Assembly: GCA_949372645.1 (NCBI GenBank)
Contig: CASIAP010000011.1
Location: 159,006-223,005 of the forward strand
Reading direction: 5' to 3'
Source of the DNA: Candidatus Poseidoniaceae archaeon
GTDB lineage: Archaea > Thermoplasmatota > Poseidoniia > Poseidoniales > Poseidoniaceae
Length of the DNA: 64,000 bases
Each line of letters starts with the position of its first letter. The first letter of the stretch is position 1. This document shows, piece by piece, positions 62,054 through 64,000 of the stretch. The notes below the pieces were generated by a model. It was not told the DNA's origin, made no database searches, and saw nothing but the letters and a program-made list of their open reading frames with translations. A program made the translations under genes and the position numbers.

Positions 62054-64000
62054 TCAAGCACTAACAGCGTATGACAAACCACTCCAAGAGCGCAGAAGCG
62101 CACCTTGACCTACATTAGGAGCGTAGGAAAGTGTGATTGTCACATCATCCAGTGGTGTTCCAGCAGAATCGTGTGTTCGCACGAAGATGGTATCACCGGT
62201 GTTAAAGGTAGAGACCTTACTGTCACCATCGGAATTAACTTGGTCCACGAAAGTAACCATTTTGTCACTGTTCGCTGGATTAAAGCCGTACACTCCGTCA
62301 GTGTCTGCAAGATTTACCGATTCAAACTGTTGTTCACCATTGGCATCCACGTATAATACACCGACTTCAATAGCTTGTGTAGCAAGATCTGTTTCAGCAG
62401 ATCGAATGCTAATGCGCCAGTGACCATCGTTCACATCATAACTGTCAATGTCTTCAATATCAAAGGTAATTCGAGGAACACCTTTGACATCTGTATCTGC
62501 AAGACTACTTGCCCACACATAAATAACACCAGAAAGAACCACAGTGATGGCAACCATCAAGATAGTTGCAATAACTGGGCTCACAGCCATATCATTGTCT
62601 TCGAATTTCTCGGTAACTTCTTCCTCATCATCAGCTCGTCGGCTGGAGAAGGCAAGAGCACTCACAAAGAGACCTGTTAGACTTACGACAATAATACTTG
62701 GTGCGAACGAAGCAACAGAACTTGCACCGATGGTGCGGACAACGTTCGGTAGAGCTTGATCAGTTGCACCGAACGAGCCAGATCCTGCAGCGTATTCGTT
62801 ACACTTGCCCCAGTCGGAGTTCGCTTCAGCAGTTTCCAAGTCGAGAGATGTCAGACGGTTGTTACACCAATATTTGTCTTCAAGCATTGGTCGGCGTTGA
62901 GATTCTTGTGTAGCATTCACACCAAACTGACCAGGATTCGACCATGCTGATCCTTGTGATCCACCGCTGTTGGAGCGATGAGATTGAGGATCATCAACTT
63001 GGAACCGTTCACTGGCAGGGACTGTGAGGTCACATTCAGCGTCCAAACATGTGAGGACATCCATTGAGACTTCGACCTTGGTCGTATCTTGAGTGATGTA
63101 GACGTAGTCCTTTGCAACAATACTTGTCCCGTAAGCTGGGACATTGTAGTATTTCGTGAACTCATCTTCATCGTGACCATCCGTATGGAAAGTCACTGCA
63201 AGCATGTGATCGTAGTTGTAAGGACCTTGATCGCCACCAGCGTCAATGTTCACTGAAACCGGTGAATAGGTTCCTGTCATGATGTTTGTAATTCCCTTAA
63301 AGTCAATACCTGATACGTCGTTAATCGAGTAGTCTGCAACATTTTCTGCCACACGTTCGATTGTGACATACATCACAACATCATCTTGACCTTGTGTATA
63401 TGGTGCAAGTTGCTCAGTGAAATCTGCATTCATTACAGGTGTATCGTAGTTAGGTGTGTGAGATGGTGCAGTTGCAGTATCCTTGAGAACCAAGCTAATG
63501 GCACAGAAAGTCTGGCCACTTGGTCGCAATTGGTGGATACCGTTCTCGTTCATGTAATCAACTTCCCAATCGTAACCGTTTGTGGTTGCGTCTGGAATCA
63601 AGGTGAACACAAGATCTGTGCCAACGATTGCTGTCGTGAAGTAGTTGGTGTAAGTACACTGACTGGTCGCTTCAACAGTCCATGTGAGGTCTGTTGGAAC
63701 GTCATGGTCAATATCGCTCATCAAAGGTAGAAGGTCCCAAGTAAGGTGAGACTCATTGGTATCGTCTTCTGTCATGGTAAGATATTCACCTTCTCCAGTA
63801 GCACGTTCTCCAGCGGTGTTCGTCAACAAGTTCTGAGCGTTTTCATCTTGCAATGAGATCACTGGAGCATCATTCACAGGTGCGACTGAGAAGTCGACAG
63901 TGTAGGAGATAGCGTCAGTATTCTCAGTGCCGTTATCGGACAAGTCTAGAGTGATAGTACACGATCCACCCTTTTCGTTTGAAGCATTCTCAGTAATAAC
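62054..64000 (-). CDS. C-terminal part (>648 aa) of another very large surface protein; 5' end lies beyond the window
   Basis: The track ORF starts at a TTG, but the frame stays open to position 64000 (my translation ..VITENASNEKGGSCTITLDL-SDNGTEN..). Cadherin-like VNDAPVI, then TM helix FAPSIIVVSLTGLFVSALAF, an acidic loop, and a pilin-like module. Confidence 0.75.
   Translation of the reverse strand, partial: VITENASNEKGGSCTITLDLSDNGTENTDAISYTVDFSVAPVNDAPVISLQDENAQNLLTNTAGERATGEGEYLTMTEDDTNESHLTWDLLPLMSDIDHDVPTDLTWTVEATSQCTYTNYFTTAIVGTDLVFTLIPDATTNGYDWEVDYMNENGIHQLRPSGQTFCAISLVLKDTATAPSHTPNYDTPVMNADFTEQLAPYTQGQDDVVMYVTIERVAENVADYSINDVSGIDFKGITNIMTGTYSPVSVNIDAGGDQGPYNYDHMLAVTFHTDGHDEDEFTKYYNVPAYGTSIVAKDYVYITQDTTKVEVSMDVLTCLDAECDLTVPASERFQVDDPQSHRSNSGGSQGSAWSNPGQFGVNATQESQRRPMLEDKYWCNNRLTSLDLETAEANSDWGKCNEYAAGSGSFGATDQALPNVVRTIGASSVASFAPSIIVVSLTGLFVSALAFSSRRADDEEEVTEKFEDNDMAVSPVIATILMVAITVVLSGVIYVWASSLADTDVKGVPRITFDIEDIDSYDVNDGHWRISIRSAETDLATQAIEVGVLYVDANGEQQFESVNLADTDGVYGFNPANSDKMVTFVDQVNSDGDSKVSTFNTGDTIFVRTHDSAGTPLDDVTITLSYAPNVGQGALLRSWSGLSYAVSA
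62057..62590 (-). other. Archaeal type IV pilin-like (DUF1628/Pilin_N-type) module encoded in frame at the 3' end of the surface-protein ORF
   Basis: The internal ATG (complement of 62588-62590, checked) opens MAVSPVIATILMVAITVVLSGVIYVW, followed by a 150-aa beta-rich domain. Confidence 0.6.

Noticed and set aside
61867-62064. 65-aa plus-strand ORF in the HAD/surface-gene spacer.
   Set aside because: The region consists of three strong hairpins plus an A9/T9 run, so it is much better explained as terminator or structured RNA.
1-64000. CRISPR arrays, transposases, integrases, prophage or recognisable defence genes; tRNA genes as integration hotspots.
   Set aside because: I found no direct-repeat/spacer array by eye and no recombinase-like ORF. 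Both tRNA genes are flanked by housekeeping genes (gatD, pelota, pncC).

Overview
Dense archaeal chromosomal segment: about 45 protein genes, 2 tRNAs and almost no non-coding DNA. Archaeal hallmarks are a membrane LonB, RFC small subunit, PolD small subunit, GatD, Pelota, TrmI, an archaeal/eukaryal-type AspRS, and a tRNA(CAU) gene with a 55-nt intron in a textbook bulge-helix-bulge motif. Three other gene sets are interleaved with these. (i) Six very large secreted or membrane-anchored surface proteins (1160, 1353, ~880, ~3064, 935 and >648 aa) take up about 38% of the window by coordinates. (ii) Bacterial/eukaryal-flavoured genes: MetK, GST plus GPx, FTHFS, flotillin/NfeD and a DNase I-like nuclease. 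(iii) A possible amino-aromatic ring-cleavage set: an AmnAB-like LigB dioxygenase pair with a RidA fusion, an ALDH8/HMSD-like dehydrogenase, an LLM oxidoreductase and an asparaginase-II-like protein. The content fits a marine planktonic heterotrophic euryarchaeon (Marine Group II/Poseidoniales-like), but that placement is inference. All domain calls are by eye from motifs and no searches were run. The most interesting observations are these: an archaeal type IV pilin-like module fused in frame behind the membrane anchor of a giant adhesin; surface proteins with long cytoplasmic tails carrying WW-like Trp motifs, a PPLP/LPAGW tail and a zinc ribbon, instead of short PGF-CTERM-type anchors; the dioxygenase-RidA fusion; an APC permease with an EF-hand tail; a surface alpha/beta-hydrolase fold with Ser replaced by Gly; and an extracellular WCGPC thioredoxin-like domain. 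I saw no CRISPR array, transposase, integrase, rRNA or recognisable defence genes.
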